The position numbers and the translations under genes are program-made. Of a stretch of 15,339 nucleotides of DNA, positions 14,494-15,339 are shown piece by piece. Numbering within the stretch: the first letter of the stretch is position 1; each line of letters begins with the position of its first letter. Origin of the DNA: Eledone cirrhosa (lineage: Eukaryota). The notes under the pieces were generated by a model. That model searched no databases. It worked only from the letters and a program-made list of their open reading frames with translations, and was not told where the DNA came from. The stretch covers positions 1 to 15,339 of the forward strand of contig CAXHJY010001481.1 in assembly GCA_964016885.1 (NCBI GenBank), given 5' to 3'.

Positions 14494-15339
14494 TTACATG
14501 TGGCCGGTGCTCTGGTGCAATAAGTAGCAGCAAGTGTCCACAAAATACTAGCTCCTTCAACTGCGCAGAGGGTTCTATAGAAATAGTGGACAGCTTCCGT
14601 TACCTGGGTGACAAAATCAGCAGTGGGGGAGGGTGCTCTGAAAGTACAGTAACTAGAGTCAGAACTGGATGGAAAAAGTTCAGAGAGCTTATACCACTAT
14701 TAGCCGCTAGAGGGTTCTCCCTAAAAATGAAAGGCAGGTTATACGATGCCTGCATACGAACAGCAATGCTGCATGGCAGTGAGACCTGGGCATTGTGTGC
14801 AGAGGATATACGCAGACTAGAGAGGAACGAAGCTTGCATGCTCCGCTGGATGTGCAATAGTAATATACGTGAACGGCAAAGCATAAACGAACTAAGAAAA
14901 AATTAGAAATAAGAGGGATCAGATGTTGTTTACTCGAGAGAAGGCTACGTTGGTACGGTAACGCGATGCGCATGAAAGACGACAGCTGTATATCAAAGTG
15001 CAGGGCAATAAAGATAGACGGTAGCCACGGAGTAGGCAGACCCAGAAAAACATGGGACGAGCTGATAAATTCCGACCTCACACGCTTACACGTCTCCAAG
15101 ACAATGTCACTGGACCGAGACCTTTGGCGGTACTCAGTAATAGAGAAGACCCGCCTTACCTAAATACAAAGTAAAAACCTACTACAGTCAGAAGGCATCT
15201 CTATCAAAACACACCTCCGTCCCACCACCCCATCCACACCGCCCCTTTTAATGTAAAGTTATGTTGGTCCCACAACATCCAGGCCGAAACAAATGAGATT
15301 GTGTAGGTGTCACGACAAAAAACACACAGTCCACGCTGT
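14494..15339 (+). mobile_element. 5'-truncated RTE copy of a sister subfamily, running off the window end
   Basis: Encodes the C-terminal part of the same protein. Its 3' UTR motif at 15301-15339 (GTGTAGGTGTCACGACAAAAAACACACAGTCCACGCTGT) matches the duplicated UTR motif of the main element. Confidence 0.92.
14496..15163 (+). pseudogene. RTE ORF C-terminal fragment (last CxxC of PHD finger, RT end, C-terminus) with a 1-nt deletion at the A run 14897-14902
   Basis: TCGRC...[17 protein letters not shown]...INELR, then shifted frame LEIRGIRCC...LRWYG...GRPRKTW...DRDLWR...TRLT*. 84/91 residues identical to the main element from GGGCSES to INELR (hand count). Confidence 0.9.

Noticed and set aside
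14600-15099. Minus-strand ORFs of 94 and 130 aa
   Set aside because: Antisense shadows of the second RTE fragment.

Overview
Eukaryotic, gene-free, repeat-only window. About 7.5 kb is (TA)n microsatellite interrupted by CA, and RTE-clade non-LTR retrotransposon material fills most of the rest. A cephalopod/Octopus-like origin is my impression from the repeat types, not something the sequence proves. The centrepiece is an apparently full-length minus-strand RTE LINE (3066-9384). It has one APE-endonuclease + reverse-transcriptase ORF (6500->3377) broken only by a 1-nt shift in a G12 run, a C4HC3 PHD-type zinc finger inserted within the RT, and a (GAT)8 tail. Its ~2.9 kb 5' region is a nested tandem array: 98-bp monomers in runs of 8/2/6/1 separated by three ~312-bp blocks. 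Also present are a 608-bp internally deleted non-autonomous element from a different RTE lineage (998-1605), a 64-bp RTE 3' terminus (14294-14357), a 5'-truncated sister RTE copy (14494 to window end) and a probable retroposon tail at 1-40. Every visible element junction falls in TA repeat. The long Tyr/Ile ORFs in the track are microsatellite artefacts.
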